DNA of 64,000 nucleotides, taken from NCBI GenBank assembly GCA_964531695.1, contig CAZHEH010000013.1:6000-69999 (forward strand), read 5' to 3'. Shown piece by piece: positions 50,655 through 61,155 of the stretch; the stretch's first letter is position 1, and every line of letters starts with the position of its first letter. The translations under genes were made by a program, and so were the position numbers. The notes below the pieces were generated by a model. That model was not told the origin of the DNA. It was given only the letters and a program-made list of their open reading frames with translations, and did not search any database. The DNA comes from an uncultured Planctomycetaceae bacterium. Its GTDB lineage: Bacteria; Planctomycetota; Phycisphaerae; SM23-33.

Positions 50655-51797
50655 CTACGGGCGGATGTAAACCGTGGAATGCCCCTCGAACAGCACGTCG
50701 TAGACGAACCGGACGCCCTCGTCGTCCAGGCGGATGCAGCCCCGAGAGCCCTCCGTGCCGATCGTCTCCGGCTCCGTCGTGCCGTGCAGGCCGTACATGT
50801 CCGTCTTGTACTGGCGCGTGATCTTGTCGATGCCCTCGAGCCCGACAAACCGGCCCTTCGGCCCGAAGGGGTAGTTTGCCTTGTCCTCGAAGTACACCAC
50901 CGCGGGCAATTCCGGGTCGCCGCCGGGCGGGTACCACGGGGCCTTGAGCATCTTGCTGTGCACGACCCAGGAGCCGACGGGCGTCGAGCCGTCCTTGCCG
51001 AGCCCGACCGGCAGGCGGCGGATGAACACCCGCGGAAGGTCCTCATCCTCCCGCTGGAGGAACACGTCCATCACGAACTCGCCCTTGTAGACCTTGGCAT
51101 GGAAGGGTCCGCGGATGAGCTTGTAGCTCATGTCATATTTGAGATCCTCGGCTCGAACGCCGTTGGCCCGCAGAATCGCCGCGGCGGGGACACGCAGGTC
51201 CAGCTCCGTCACGAGGCCGGGGACGACCTTGCCGTCGGCCGTCCTCTTGTCCGCCAGACGGTCGCCCTTTTTGAATTCGTGAAGGAACGTGTAGGGGTCG
51301 CCGGGGTACGCGTGACGGGCGAAGATCGTCGCCTGCGCCAGTTCCCAGAGCTTCTCGCGTGCGGCGTCGGCCATGTCGGCCGGGAGGCGCTCCGAAAAGA
51401 CCGCCTCGGAGAGCTTGCCCCGGGCCTCCACGAGCTTGTCCTCTCCGGCCAGTTCCATGCCTCGCTCGAACGCGGCCAGGGCCTGGGCGGCCGGAAGCGG
51501 CTCCGGATCGTCCGGGATCTTCGGCGCCGGGTCGGGCGCGGGCTTGGTCGTGGCCTCCTCCTCTCCGTCGTCGCCTTCGTCCGTGTCGACTTCGTCGTCC
51601 CCGTGGGCGCGGTCTTCATCCATGCCGCCGGGCGCGCCCGGAGCGAGGGGAACCGGGCCGTCGTCGCCGGGCTCGTCGGCTTTGCCGGCGTCCGGCTCGG
51701 AACCGTAGGGCCAGGCGACGATCACCAAAACCGCCGCGATGCCGACGATGGCCAGCCCGGTCAGCCACAACGCTCGTCTTCGCTGCCTGCGCGTCAT
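50655..51797 (-). CDS. L,D-transpeptidase (YkuD domain) with a TM anchor and an acidic low-complexity linker
   Basis: Catalytic HGT...SRGCIRL motif (LHGTTEPETIGTEGSRGCIRL); N-terminal TM; D/E/P-rich linker. Confidence 0.8.
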   Translation of the reverse strand: MTRRQRRRALWLTGLAIVGIAAVLVIVAWPYGSEPDAGKADEPGDDGPVPLAPGAPGGMDEDRAHGDDEVDTDEGDDGEEEATTKPAPDPAPKIPDDPEPLPAAQALAAFERGMELAGEDKLVEARGKLSEAVFSERLPADMADAAREKLWELAQATIFARHAYPGDPYTFLHEFKKGDRLADKRTADGKVVPGLVTELDLRVPAAAILRANGVRAEDLKYDMSYKLIRGPFHAKVYKGEFVMDVFLQREDEDLPRVFIRRLPVGLGKDGSTPVGSWVVHSKMLKAPWYPPGGDPELPAVVYFEDKANYPFGPKGRFVGLEGIDKITRQYKTDMYGLHGTTEPETIGTEGSRGCIRLDDEGVRFVYDVLFEGHSTVYIRP

Positions 51798-52408
51798 ACC
51801 TCGTTCTCCGTGGGGTCGGCGGGGGACAAGGGGGCCGCCCGCGGGTGGAATTCCAGTACCTCTGTATCGGTCACGAGCATGCGGACGGGCCAGTCGTTTG
51901 CCCGCACGGGCACGCTGCCGACCACCTGCTCGGCGAAGGCCAGCCCGCACGTCACCGCGTGCACGCCCGGCCGGGAGAGAAACCGGTCGTAGAACCCCGC
52001 GCCCCGCCCGAGCCGGTTGCCGATTCGATCATACGCCAGCGCCGGCACCGCGATGAAATCGATCTCCGCCGGCGGACACCCGACGCCCCCCGCCGGGGTC
52101 CGAACGCCGTAGCGGTCCCGCGCGAGGTCCTCCTCCGCCAGCGAGTGCAGCTCCACGGCCGCCATCTCCCGCTGTGCCCAGCTCACGCTCGGCACGAGCA
52201 CCCGCTTGCCGGCGTCCCAGGCCGCGCGCACGATCCGCGTGGTGTCGACCTCATCCGGAATGTGCAAGTAGACCATGACGGACGCCGCCGAACGGAACGC
52301 GTCCAGGGCGGTGAGCTTGTCGCAGGCGGAGCGGCTCTTGGCGGCCGCGACCTCCGCCGGCATCTCCGCCAGCGTCCGCCTGATCTCCCTGCGAAGCCGG
52401 GCCTTCAT
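51794..52408 (-). CDS. 5-formyltetrahydrofolate cyclo-ligase
   Basis: About 200 aa with the MTHFS family motifs VMVYLHIPDEVDT and VPALAYDRIGNRLGRGAGFYDRFL; 4-nt overlap with the downstream Ldt gene. Confidence 0.8.
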   Translation of the reverse strand: MKARLRREIRRTLAEMPAEVAAAKSRSACDKLTALDAFRSAASVMVYLHIPDEVDTTRIVRAAWDAGKRVLVPSVSWAQREMAAVELHSLAEEDLARDRYGVRTPAGGVGCPPAEIDFIAVPALAYDRIGNRLGRGAGFYDRFLSRPGVHAVTCGLAFAEQVVGSVPVRANDWPVRMLVTDTEVLEFHPRAAPLSPADPTENEV

Positions 52409-52607
52409 GCTGACATTCAAGCACGGGCCGCACGGACGGTGCAACCGTGGGGTAGGCCATCGGTGCTCAGCGATCAGTCAGTACTCAGCAAGCGCGCCGT
52501 CACGTCGAACGTCGAACCGGCCGCCGTGCCTAAGCATCCTACCTCCGGCCTCGCATCCCGCCCGCTGTTCGATCTTCGACCTCCGATCTCCGACCTCCCC
52601 CACTCCC

Positions 52608-53954
52608 TCATCCCTCCCCCTCGGTCCTCAGCTTCTCCGCCCAGTCCAGGTACTTGCGTATGTACTTCTCATAGCCGCGGTCGGTCGGCCGGTAGTACGT
52701 CGCCTCCACGCCGAGGTAGTCCTGGTCGGGGCTGACGCCGCCCTCGTGGTCGTGGCTGTACTGGTAGCCCTTTCCGTAGCCGAACTGCTCGGCCATGCCG
52801 GGGTGCGGGGCGTTGCGCAGGTGTCGCGGCACGGGCACGGTGCGCTGCTCCCGAACGTCCGCCAGCGCCGCGTCGATCGCCAGGTAGGAGGCGTTGGACT
52901 TCGGGGCACACGCCATGTACACGGCCGCCTGGGCAAGCGTGATGCGGCACTCGGGCATGCCGACGCGCTCGACGATCTGGTACGCCGCGGACGCGACGGA
53001 GATCGCCCGCGGATCGGCGTTGCCCACGTCCTCGCTGGCGAGGATGGCGATCCGCCGGGCGATGAACCGGGGGTCCTCGCCGGCCGCCAGCATCCGGGCC
53101 AGCCAGTAGACCGTCGCGTCCGGATCGCTGCCGCGCATGGACTTGATCAGCGCGCTGGCCGCGTCGTAGTGCTCCTCGCCCGCGCGGTCGTACTGCACGG
53201 CCTTCTGCTGAATGGACTCCTGGGCGGCATCGAGGTCGAACTCGACGCGTCCCTCGCTTCGCTGCGCCTCGCTCCGGACGCCGACCTCGAGGGCGGTCAG
53301 GGCCCGGCGGGCGTCGCCGTCGCTGATGCGGGCCAGATGCTCCAGCGCCTCATCGGTCGCGCGCACGTTCTGGTTGCCGAGGCCGCGGCCCGCATCCGCC
53401 AGGGCCCGCCGCAACAGCGTGACGATGTCCGGCTCACCCAGCGGCTGAAGTTCGAAGAGCGTCGAGCGGCTCAGCAAAGGCGAGTTGATCGTGAAGAACG
53501 GATTCTCCGTCGTCGCGCCGATCAGGATGACCACGCCGTTCTCGACATCCGGCAGCAGCACGTCCTGCTGGGCGCGGTTGAACCGGTGCAGCTCGTCGAT
53601 GAACAGCACGGTCCGCCGCCCGTCGCCGGCCAGCACGGCTCGGGCCCGGTCGATGATCCCGCGCACGTCCTTGACGGAGGCCGAGGCCGCGTTGAGCGTG
53701 TGGAACGCCGCGTTGCAGGTGCGGGCGATGACGTGGGCCAGCGTCGTCTTGCCGCTGCCCGGCGGCCCGTAGAAGACCAAGCTCGACAGCGAATCCGCCT
53801 CCAGCATCCGGCGGAGCATCCGCCCGGGACCGAGGATGTGGTCCTGCCCGAGCACCTCGTCGATCGATCGCGGCCGCATGCGCACGGCCAGCGGCGCGTG
53901 GGCCGCGATGGCCCGGTTCTCGGCGTCCTGGAAAAGGTCCATGGCGATGGCCAT
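52608..53954 (-). CDS. rarA: Replication-associated recombination protein A (AAA+ ATPase MgsA/RarA)
   Basis: Walker A GPPGSGKTT, Walker B LFIDELHRFN, sensor motifs and the C-terminal MgsA tetramerisation domain. Confidence 0.9.
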   Translation of the reverse strand: MAIAMDLFQDAENRAIAAHAPLAVRMRPRSIDEVLGQDHILGPGRMLRRMLEADSLSSLVFYGPPGSGKTTLAHVIARTCNAAFHTLNAASASVKDVRGIIDRARAVLAGDGRRTVLFIDELHRFNRAQQDVLLPDVENGVVILIGATTENPFFTINSPLLSRSTLFELQPLGEPDIVTLLRRALADAGRGLGNQNVRATDEALEHLARISDGDARRALTALEVGVRSEAQRSEGRVEFDLDAAQESIQQKAVQYDRAGEEHYDAASALIKSMRGSDPDATVYWLARMLAAGEDPRFIARRIAILASEDVGNADPRAISVASAAYQIVERVGMPECRITLAQAAVYMACAPKSNASYLAIDAALADVREQRTVPVPRHLRNAPHPGMAEQFGYGKGYQYSHDHEGGVSPDQDYLGVEATYYRPTDRGYEKYIRKYLDWAEKLRTEGEG

Positions 53955-54206
53955 TCTACCGTTCTCTCCCCTCGGCGTGCGACGGTGGGCGAGCGGGAAC
54001 CACCGCTCGACGCTCCATGTTCGACGTTCGACGCAACAGACACCCGCCAAATATGCGCCGTCGAACACCGGACGCCGAACGTCGAGCACAGAACGCCTTC
54101 TCCCCCGTGCATCCCTCGTCGGCTTCCGCTATACTACCGCCCGCGGGGCTGCCGGAGTGGCGCAGGAAGCGAACGCCTGAACCCCTGCAAGCGGAAAGGA
54201 AACGGC

Positions 54207-54617
54207 ATGCGATACGTCTTGGCATTTTCTCTGGTCGTGGCGGCACTGGCCGGCTGCAACGAGCCGCAGGAACCGAATCAGTCCACCGAGGTGACGATTC
54301 CTCCCCGGTCCGAGGGCGAGATGGGTGCGGTAACGCCCTCAGAGGTCGGGCCGACCTCACCGGATGAGGAGCCGGTCGAGGTCGCCCCGGAGCCCTCCGG
54401 CTGGGACGAAGCCCCCACCGACCCCGAGCCGGACCCGGACCCGACGCTCCCGGCCGGAGCCCGCACGTACACGATCCAGAAGGGCGACACGCTCTGGTCC
54501 ATCGCCAAGCGGCTCTACGGGGACGGGCAGCGGTGGAAGGACATCGTCGCGATGAACCCCGGCCTCAAGCCGGAGGCGATGCGCGTCGGCCAGGTCATCA
54601 AGGTGCCGGCCAACTGA
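54207..54617 (+). CDS. LysM-domain lipoprotein
   Basis: Signal peptide plus lipobox LAGC; Pro/Glu-rich linker; C-terminal LysM YTIQKGDTLWSIAKRLYGDGQRWKDIVAMN. Confidence 0.75.
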   Translation: MRYVLAFSLVVAALAGCNEPQEPNQSTEVTIPPRSEGEMGAVTPSEVGPTSPDEEPVEVAPEPSGWDEAPTDPEPDPDPTLPAGARTYTIQKGDTLWSIAKRLYGDGQRWKDIVAMNPGLKPEAMRVGQVIKVPAN

Positions 54618-54645
54618 GCCGACCCGGCGGGCGCCCGAAGCGACC

Positions 54646-56721
54646 GTGGCACAGCTCCAGCTCGACACGCCGGCGCAGTACGTCAAGGGCGTCGGGCCGG
54701 TTCGCGCCGAGCAGCTCGCCCAGCTCGGCATTCACACGGCCGAGGATCTGCTGCTGCACTTCCCCCGGCGGTTTGACCTGCGCCGGCAGACCCAGCCGAT
54801 GGGCACGCTCCGCGGAGAGGAGCAATCCGCCACCGTAGCCGGCGAGGTCGTGGACGTCGAGGAGCGGACCGGCGGCAGGCGGCCGTGGTTCCAGTGCATG
54901 CTTCAGGACGGCAGCGGCTGGGTGCTCGTCAAGTGGTTCCACGGCGGGTACCTGCGGGGCAAGATCACGCCCGGCATGCACATCGCCGTCAGCGGCAAGG
55001 TCAGCGTGTATCGGGAGCATCTCCAGTTCATCAACCCTTCGTGGCAGAGCATCTTCGAGCCCGAGAACACGGACCTGAGCCGCGATGAGCTGATGCCGGT
55101 GTATCCCGCGGGGGCGAACCTGAGCAGCACGCAGATCGCCGGCGTCATCCGCGGCATCCTGCCGGAAGCCGAGCGGCTGATTCCGGAGATCCTGCCGGGG
55201 GAGGTGCTCAAACGCCGCGCGCTGCCGCCCCGGCCCGGGGCCGTCGCCGCCATGCATCGCCCCGAAGACACGGAGCACTGGGAACAGGCCCGCCGCCGGA
55301 TGGCCTACGAGGAATGCTTCCTGATGCAGCTCGGGATCGCCCTGAACCGGATGCGGCAGGTCAGCCGCCCCGCTCACGCGCTGCAGCGGACGGAGGAGAT
55401 GGACCGGCGAATCCGCCGGCGGTTCCCCTTCCCGCTGACCGATGCGCAGAACCGGGCCGTCGAGGACATCGCCGCGGACGTCGCCCGCGAGCGCCCCATG
55501 AACCGCCTGCTCCAGGGCGACGTGGGCTCGGGCAAGACGGTCGTGGCGCTCTACGGCGCCCTGCTGGCCGTGGCCAACCGCACCCAGGTCGCCATCATGG
55601 CGCCCACCGAGATCCTCGCGGCCCAGCACTACCGGAACATCCAGACCTACCTTGCGGGCAGCCGCGTGCGGACGGAGCTGCTCGTCGGCGGACAGAAGGA
55701 GGCCGAGCGAAGGCGCGTGCTCGACGGGCTGGCGAAGGGCGAGGTCGACATCGTCGTCGGCACGCACGCGCTGATCACCGAGGGCGTGCGGTTCGCCCGC
55801 CTGGCGATGGTCGTCGTGGACGAGCAGCACAAATTCGGCGTCCGCCAGCGGACCGGCATCCGCTCGAAGGGCTTCGCGCCGCACTACCTCGTGATGACCG
55901 CCACGCCCATCCCGCGGACGCTGGCGATGACGGTCTTCGGCGACTTGGACGTGTCCGTGATCGACGAGCTGCCGCCGGGGCGCGGGCGGACGGAGACGCG
56001 CTGCGTCGGCGAGAGCAAGCTGGCCGAGGTCTACGCCTTCGTACGGGACAAGCTCGCGGCCGGGCAGCAGGCGTACTTCATCTACCCGCTCGTGAACCCT
56101 TCGGAGAATCTCGAACTCAAGGCGGCGCAGGACGCCTACGAGGAGCTGGCCCGCGGGCCGCTGGCGGACTTTCGCGTCGGGCTGATCCACGGGCAGATGC
56201 CGGCGGCGAAGAAGGAGCGGGTCATCGGCGAGTTCCGCGACGGCCGCGTGCAAGCGCTGGTCGCCTCGGTCGTCGTCGAGGTCGGCATGGACATCCCCGC
56301 CGCGAACGTGATGGTGGTGCTGCATGCCGAGCGGTTCGGGCTGGCCCAGCTCCACCAGCTCCGCGGCCGGATCGGGCGGGCGAGCGAGGACGCCGCGTGC
56401 ATCCTCGTGGCCGAGCCGGGCAACCCGATGGCGAAGCAACGGCTCGAGGTGCTGACGCGGACGAGCGACGGGTTCCAGGTGGCCGAGGAGGACCTGCGAA
56501 TCCGCGGGCCGGGCGAGATCTTCGGCACGCGTCAGCACGGCCTGCCGGAGCTGAAGGTGGCGGACCTGGTACGGGACTTCGAGCTCCTGCGCGAGGCGAG
56601 GCGGGACGCGTTCGAGCTGATCGCGGGCGATCCGGCGCTCGCCGCCCCGCACCACCAGAAACTCCGCCAGGAGATGGAGAAGCTCTACGCGGGAAGGTTG
56701 GAACTCGTGGGCGGCGCCTGA
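54646..56721 (+). CDS. recG: ATP-dependent DNA helicase RecG
   Basis: Wedge domain, helicase motifs GDVGSGKT and VVDEQHKFG, TRG motif; 691 aa. Confidence 0.95.
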   Translation: MAQLQLDTPAQYVKGVGPVRAEQLAQLGIHTAEDLLLHFPRRFDLRRQTQPMGTLRGEEQSATVAGEVVDVEERTGGRRPWFQCMLQDGSGWVLVKWFHGGYLRGKITPGMHIAVSGKVSVYREHLQFINPSWQSIFEPENTDLSRDELMPVYPAGANLSSTQIAGVIRGILPEAERLIPEILPGEVLKRRALPPRPGAVAAMHRPEDTEHWEQARRRMAYEECFLMQLGIALNRMRQVSRPAHALQRTEEMDRRIRRRFPFPLTDAQNRAVEDIAADVARERPMNRLLQGDVGSGKTVVALYGALLAVANRTQVAIMAPTEILAAQHYRNIQTYLAGSRVRTELLVGGQKEAERRRVLDGLAKGEVDIVVGTHALITEGVRFARLAMVVVDEQHKFGVRQRTGIRSKGFAPHYLVMTATPIPRTLAMTVFGDLDVSVIDELPPGRGRTETRCVGESKLAEVYAFVRDKLAAGQQAYFIYPLVNPSENLELKAAQDAYEELARGPLADFRVGLIHGQMPAAKKERVIGEFRDGRVQALVASVVVEVGMDIPAANVMVVLHAERFGLAQLHQLRGRIGRASEDAACILVAEPGNPMAKQRLEVLTRTSDGFQVAEEDLRIRGPGEIFGTRQHGLPELKVADLVRDFELLREARRDAFELIAGDPALAAPHHQKLRQEMEKLYAGRLELVGGA

Positions 56722-56770
56722 GCAGAACGCGGATCGCGGGGATTCCGCAGAAGTGTTATGATGGGCGAAA

Positions 56771-57370
56771 ATGCGGCTCCATGTCGAACAGGCAGATCGG
56801 GACGCGCGGGAGGAGGCGGCGGGCCTCATCGAGGCATATCTTCGTGGAAGCATTCCGGGTGGGGACCTGGTCGAGAATTGGCCCGAATCGCCCACGGACC
56901 CCGCCTTGGCGGCGATCGCGGACAACCTCCTGATCCACATCCCCGGCGGCGATCTCCGCACGGAGTACGCCGAAGCGTGGCGAGCCGACGTGCGGGACGT
57001 ACTGGGGCGCTGCGTGCTCTTCCTGCGAACGGATCTGCCCTATAACGCGGGTCGCGTGACTCCCGTTACGTTCGTCAACTACGGGTGTGCGAGCATATGC
57101 CTGATGCTCGGCGCCGTGGTAATTCTGGCACTGCCCGCACCGGGCTGGGTCGCGGCAATCCTCGGCGGCTTGGGCCTCGTGGTCGCGGGCCGGTCGCTCC
57201 TCAGCGACAAGCTGACCTACCGGTCGGAACCGGCCATGGTTCACTGCATCGCCCGCGGGTGCTGGCCCTTCGAGATGGAAGAGGACCTTGACGCGATCCG
57301 GGACGAGCCGGATGCACCCGCGGTGGATCCCGGGCGTCCGCCCGTTGGTGAACGCCCCCGCGATGTTTGA
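56771..57370 (+). CDS. Hypothetical protein with a central TM segment
   Basis: ORF with a plausible start; no motif. Confidence 0.35.
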   Translation: MRLHVEQADRDAREEAAGLIEAYLRGSIPGGDLVENWPESPTDPALAAIADNLLIHIPGGDLRTEYAEAWRADVRDVLGRCVLFLRTDLPYNAGRVTPVTFVNYGCASICLMLGAVVILALPAPGWVAAILGGLGLVVAGRSLLSDKLTYRSEPAMVHCIARGCWPFEMEEDLDAIRDEPDAPAVDPGRPPVGERPRDV

Positions 57371-57461
57371 CCCTACCGCCGGCCCCCGCTAGCATTGGGC
57401 GCTGTTTCGCGCGGCGTCGTGCCGCGCGGAAACGGCCGCACCCGACACGCAGGAGCGTAAC

Positions 57462-57857
57462 GTGAGCAAGCTGGACGAGACCATTCAAGGGCTGAAGTAT
57501 GACGACGCCGGGCTGATTCCGGCCGTCTGCGTCGACGCCGAGACCAAGCAGGTCCTCATGGTCGCCTACATGAACGACAAGGCCCTTCGCGAGACGATCG
57601 AGACGGGCAAGACGCACTTCTGGTCCCGCAGCCGGCAGAAGTACTGGATGAAGGGCGAGTCCTCCGGCCACACCCAGGAAGTCCGGGCCGTCTACACGGA
57701 CTGCGACAGGGACACGCTCGTCATCGAGGTCGTCCAGCACGGTGCGGCCTGCCACGAGGGCTACTACTCGTGCTTCTACCGCAAGCTCAACGACGCCGGC
57801 GAGTGGGACATCGTGGCCGAGAAGGTCTTCGACCCGGACTCGGTCTATAAGAAGTAG
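57462..57857 (+). CDS. hisI: Phosphoribosyl-AMP cyclohydrolase
   Basis: Conserved WSRSRQKYWMKGESSGH and CDRD motifs; 131 aa. Confidence 0.9.
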   Translation: MSKLDETIQGLKYDDAGLIPAVCVDAETKQVLMVAYMNDKALRETIETGKTHFWSRSRQKYWMKGESSGHTQEVRAVYTDCDRDTLVIEVVQHGAACHEGYYSCFYRKLNDAGEWDIVAEKVFDPDSVYKK

Positions 57858-57880
57858 GCGCTGGGGGGACGCGGGGCCAC

Positions 57881-59803
57881 ATGGGCAGACGGCTGCGGAC
57901 AATCTCGCGGTCCGGCGACCGGCTCCGGCGAGCGCTGAACCTCGTCCTGGGGCTGGCGGCCGTGGGCGCCATCGCCGCGCTCGTGCTGGAATACGGCTTC
58001 CGCGAACCCCCCGTGCCCCGCCGGTACCTGCACGTGGCCGAGTCGTTCATCGTGGCCGTGTTCGTGCTGGACCGCGTGGCGCGGCTCATCCTGTCCGGGC
58101 GGCCCAGGGCGTTCGTCCGCGAGAACTGGATCGACTTCGCACTGATCGGCGTGGCGGCGGTCGGCCTGGCCGTCGGGGGGTACTTCCGCGGGGATGTTCT
58201 GTCCCTCGGGGCGCTCTACGTGCTCATCACGCAGGGCTACATCCTGCTGGCGCTGCTGGTGCGGGCGGTAGGCGTGAACCTCCAGTTGGCGGGCAGCGGC
58301 ATCCCGCCGATGTGGTCGCTGGTCGGCAGCTTCGCGTTCATGTGCCTGGCGGGCTCGCTGCTGTTGATGCTGCCCGTGGCGACGCACCCCGGCACGCAGC
58401 GATGGTACTACCCGGATGCGCTCTTCACGGCCGTCAGCGCCACGTGCGTGACCGGCCTGATCGTCAAGGACACCGGCACGTTCTTCACCACGTTCGGCCA
58501 GGGGGTGATCCTCGTGCTGATCCAGCTCGGCGGGCTGGGGATCATGATGTTCGGCACGATGCTGGCGGCGCTGGTCGGCAAGGGCTTTTCGATTCGTCAA
58601 GGCGACGCGCTCGGGCAGATGCTTGCGACGGAGCGGCGCGGCGACCTGGGCCGGACGCTCAAGTTCGTCGCGGTGATGACTTTCGCCCTGGAGGCCGTCG
58701 GCGCCGTGCTGCTCTACCCGATGTACGCCGGCGCCGCCGACGCCTTCGGGCAGGCCATGGGCCCGGCCCGGGCCGCCTGGCATGCCGTGTTCCACAGCGT
58801 GTCGAGCTTCTGCAACGCGGGCTTCGCCCTGTACGGCGGCAACATGATGCACGGCGTCCGCGAGGGCTGGGCCCACCCGCTGCGACAAAGCTGGCAGGTG
58901 CTGACGGTGATGGGCCCGCTGATCATCCTCGGCGGGTTGGGCTTCCCGGTGCTCCAGGACTGCTGGCGGTGGACCGTGGCGCGCCTCCGCCGCCTCGTCG
59001 GCCGGCTGTCCGGGCGGCGCCTCCGCTACACCCGCGGCCGGAGCCCGCGGCTGGCGCTGCACTCGAAGATCGTCCTCGTCGTGACCGTCGTGCTGCTGGT
59101 CGGCGGCGCGGCCGGGATGGTCGTATTCGAGAAGCTCACCGGCGACGGAGGCGACACCGTCGGGCGGAACCCCATCGGCGAGGCCGGCGGCGGAACGGAC
59201 GTGGGCGAGCCGGTCGCGCTGCGGGACCTGTCGGGCGCGAAGCTCGCGCGGGCCGCCGCGTTCCAGTCGCTGACCGCACGGACCGCCGGCTTCAACACCG
59301 TCGACATGAACGAGCTGTCCAACGCGAGCAAGCTGTGGGTATCCGGCCTGATGTTCATCGGCGGCAGCCCGGCCGGCACGGCCGGCGGCATGAAGACCGC
59401 GACCTTCGCGCTGATGATCGTCGCGACGTGGTGCCTCCTCCGGCGGCGGTCGGAGCTGGAGGTTTTCCACCGGAGCATTTCGTCGGATCTGCTGCGTCGC
59501 ACGGCCGCCATCGCGGCGCTTTACACGCTGCTGGTCGCGACGGTCACGCTGCTGCTGACCGCCTCGCTGGGCAGCCGCCCGTTCGTGAACGTGCTGTTCG
59601 AGGCGTGCAGCGCGTGCGGCACGGTCGGGCTGAGCACGGGCATCACGGGGCCGAACTCCACGCTGCCGGTGTTCCCCAAGCTGGTGATCATCGTCGGCAT
59701 GTTTGCCGGCCGCCTCGGGCCGCTGACGCTCCTCCTGGCCGTGACATGCCGCGTCAGGCCGGTACGATATAGCTACGCCGAAGAGAACGTGATTATCGGG
59801 TAG
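57881..59803 (+). CDS. trkH: TrkH/KtrB-family K+ transporter membrane subunit with an N-terminal extension of about 150 aa
   Basis: Repeated M1PM2 pore motifs with GFN/GLS selectivity-filter glycines (CVTGLIV, FCNAGFAL, GGSPAGTAGGMK, ACGTVGLSTG); followed by trkA. Confidence 0.85.
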   Translation: MGRRLRTISRSGDRLRRALNLVLGLAAVGAIAALVLEYGFREPPVPRRYLHVAESFIVAVFVLDRVARLILSGRPRAFVRENWIDFALIGVAAVGLAVGGYFRGDVLSLGALYVLITQGYILLALLVRAVGVNLQLAGSGIPPMWSLVGSFAFMCLAGSLLLMLPVATHPGTQRWYYPDALFTAVSATCVTGLIVKDTGTFFTTFGQGVILVLIQLGGLGIMMFGTMLAALVGKGFSIRQGDALGQMLATERRGDLGRTLKFVAVMTFALEAVGAVLLYPMYAGAADAFGQAMGPARAAWHAVFHSVSSFCNAGFALYGGNMMHGVREGWAHPLRQSWQVLTVMGPLIILGGLGFPVLQDCWRWTVARLRRLVGRLSGRRLRYTRGRSPRLALHSKIVLVVTVVLLVGGAAGMVVFEKLTGDGGDTVGRNPIGEAGGGTDVGEPVALRDLSGAKLARAAAFQSLTARTAGFNTVDMNELSNASKLWVSGLMFIGGSPAGTAGGMKTATFALMIVATWCLLRRRSELEVFHRSISSDLLRRTAAIAALYTLLVATVTLLLTASLGSRPFVNVLFEACSACGTVGLSTGITGPNSTLPVFPKLVIIVGMFAGRLGPLTLLLAVTCRVRPVRYSYAEENVIIG

Positions 59804-59808
59804 GAACC

Positions 59809-60492
59809 ATGGACCGATTCGCCGTTATCGGGTTGGGGCTGTTCGGCCGCCGGCTGGCGACGCTGCTGGCCGAGGCCGGGGCCGAGGTCATCGCGGTGGA
59901 CAACAACCGCGAGCTGGTGGAGTCCGTGCGCGACGAGGTCACCCTGGCGGTGTGCCTGGACTGCACGGACGAGGAGGCGCTGCGGGCCCAGGGCGTCGAC
60001 AAGGTCGACGTCGCGGTGGTCGGCATGGGCTCGAACCTGGAGATCAGCGCGCTGACCACCGTGATCCTGAAGCAGATCGGCGTCCCGCGGGTCATCACGC
60101 GCGCGACGACGGGCATCCGGGCGCAGATCCTATCGCGGATCGGCGCCGACGGCGTGGTGAACCCCGAGCAGGAGTCGGCCGAGCGCTGGCGGGACAAGCT
60201 GATGGCTCCGGCGATGCTCGAGCGGATCGTCCTCGGCGAGGAGCACAGCTTGGTTCAAGTGGAGGCGCCCAAGAGCTTCCACAACAAGACGCTGGCGGAG
60301 CTGGACGTTCACAACAAATACAGCGTGCTCGTGGTGGCGATCCGCCGGAGCGTGAAGCGGACCGACGCCCGCGGCAACGAGGTCGTCCGCGAGCAGGTGC
60401 TCTCCGGGCCCGGGCCCCACGACACGGTCATGCCCGGCGACGTGCTGACGATCATCGGCCGCGACGAGGCGATCGAGAAATTCCCCCGGTAG
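59809..60492 (+). CDS. trkA: TrkA/KtrA K+ transport regulatory subunit (RCK_N + RCK_C)
   Basis: Rossmann motif VIGLGLFGRRLA and the C-terminal TrkA_C domain. Confidence 0.85.
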   Translation: MDRFAVIGLGLFGRRLATLLAEAGAEVIAVDNNRELVESVRDEVTLAVCLDCTDEEALRAQGVDKVDVAVVGMGSNLEISALTTVILKQIGVPRVITRATTGIRAQILSRIGADGVVNPEQESAERWRDKLMAPAMLERIVLGEEHSLVQVEAPKSFHNKTLAELDVHNKYSVLVVAIRRSVKRTDARGNEVVREQVLSGPGPHDTVMPGDVLTIIGRDEAIEKFPR

Positions 60493-60570
60493 GTGGATTC
60501 GCCGCCGAGGCGAGCAGCCACGGGCGCCGCCCGGCGAAGTTGACCGCGGCGCAGTCCGCAGCGGGCTTGG

Positions 60571-61086
60571 CTAAGCGTTGGCCGACTGGGTCGCGCCTTG
60601 CTGGACGGGCCGCGTGGGCGGGTCGGCGTACTCGGCCGGGTCCTTGCCCTGCTCGATCCAGGCCATCTTGCGGACGCGCCGCTCGTGCCGCCCGCCGCCG
60701 TCGAAGGGCGTGTCCACCCAGCCGATCACGATCCGACGCATCAGCTCCTCGCCCGTGACGTCGCTGGCCAGGCACAGCACATTGGCGTCGTTGTGGCGGC
60801 GGGACATCTGGGCGGTCAGCTCGTCGTGGCACAGTGCGGCGCGAATGCCCGGCATCTTGTTGGCGCAGATCGTCATGCCGATGCCGCTGCCGCAGAACAG
60901 GACCGCCCGCTCGGCCTTGCCGTCTGACACCGCCTTGGCCGCGGCGTAGGCCATGTCCGGGTAGTCGCAACTCCTGGCGCTGTTCGTGCCCAGGTCCAGC
61001 ACCTCGTGCCCGCGCTCGGCGAGCAGGACACTGATCGTCCCCTTGGCGCTGTGGCCTCGATGGTCGGCTGCAAGTGCGATTCTCAT
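60571..61086 (-). CDS. rpiB: Ribose-5-phosphate isomerase B (RpiB/LacAB family)
   Basis: MRIALAADHRGH...LFCGSGIGM...NVLCL motifs. Confidence 0.85.
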   Translation of the reverse strand: MRIALAADHRGHSAKGTISVLLAERGHEVLDLGTNSARSCDYPDMAYAAAKAVSDGKAERAVLFCGSGIGMTICANKMPGIRAALCHDELTAQMSRRHNDANVLCLASDVTGEELMRRIVIGWVDTPFDGGGRHERRVRKMAWIEQGKDPAEYADPPTRPVQQGATQSANA

Positions 61087-61155
61087 GAGCGTCCCGTATC
61101 TCGCCGCATCCGGTCATTCGGCGGCGCGTGTTTCGCGTAAAGACCCCGCCGGGGC

